From Octopus sinensis (taxonomy: Eukaryota): a stretch of DNA of 64,000 nucleotides. The notes beneath the pieces were generated by a model. The model did no database searches and had not been told where the DNA came from. It worked only from the letters and a program-made list of their open reading frames with translations. The stretch spans positions 44,950,001 through 45,014,000 of the forward strand of contig NC_043001.1 of the NCBI RefSeq assembly GCF_006345805.1, read 5' to 3'. A program made the position numbers and the translations under genes. Every line of letters starts with the position of its first letter. The stretch's first letter is position 1. Below, one piece after another: positions 63,395-64,000 of the stretch.

Positions 63395-64000
63395 GATCCT
63401 AGAAATTCCCTTGTTGGCTTCCTTTGGTTATATATTATATATAAATATACTATATCACACAGACACACAGACACACACACACATGTGGACTCAATATTTT
63501 GTCAACATTGAAACTTTTTGGTTTGTTTGGAAACTGATTTCCTTACAGTAAATAAATAAATATAGAATAAATTAAATGCAACAATAAGCTTGCTTCCCAA
63601 CCACATGATATAACACATATTCGTGGAAAATTTTACGTATGGTTACATACATATACAGAAATACATGAGTTTGTTTATCTTCAGAGATGTAATCAACTGG
63701 GCAGTTCCCCACTATAATGATGCACAAACTAGGAGTGGTTTCAGCAAAAAATTAGTTTTTATAGGTTAGATGTTGCCCACCACAGCAGTGTGGAAGTTAT
63801 GAATAGCCAGATATTTTTAAGCACTAATTTGACATCACTCCCTATGCACACACAAATACCATAAATTCTCAAACTCACAATATTAAAGTCAACATAGCTT
63901 TCCATATTAAATGCTACAGTTGCAAAGACAACCGTACACAGTCACCATCCCATCAGCCAACTCATAAGTGTCCCAAATCTATCTACATATCCACTCAAGA

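Overview
AT-rich, microsatellite-dense animal DNA. The SINE/LINE set looks like an octopus (cephalopod) genome, but that assignment is an inference. Two protein genes lie head-to-head in the first 25 kb. One is a minus-strand LENG9-like gene (RWD + MJ1316 + AKAP7-type 2H phosphoesterase; coding exons 4036-3865 and 2500-1140, 510 aa). The other is a plus-strand CCDC51/MITOK (exons 17764-17991 and 23630-24535, 377 aa). A canonical tRNA-Gly(GCC) at 16948-17018 lies between them. The rest is mostly decayed mobile DNA: RTE, CR1/L2 and L1/Tx1 LINE fragments, a mariner remnant, a Penelope GIY-YIG fragment, a probable solo LTR, tRNA-derived SINEs, hairpin MITEs and a foldback element with TTAGGG repeats. 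The most notable unannotated signal is a set of type I hammerhead ribozymes. Three are structurally intact or nearly so (10902-10963 minus, 11297-11358 plus, 21894-21978 minus) and others are degenerate. Two sit in short non-coding cassettes built as inverted tail - hammerhead - tail. A third family sits in a Penelope pseudo-LTR behind a tRNA-like Pol III promoter. A weakly supported minus-strand exon chain lies at 52-59.5 kb. No CRISPR array or rRNA was found.
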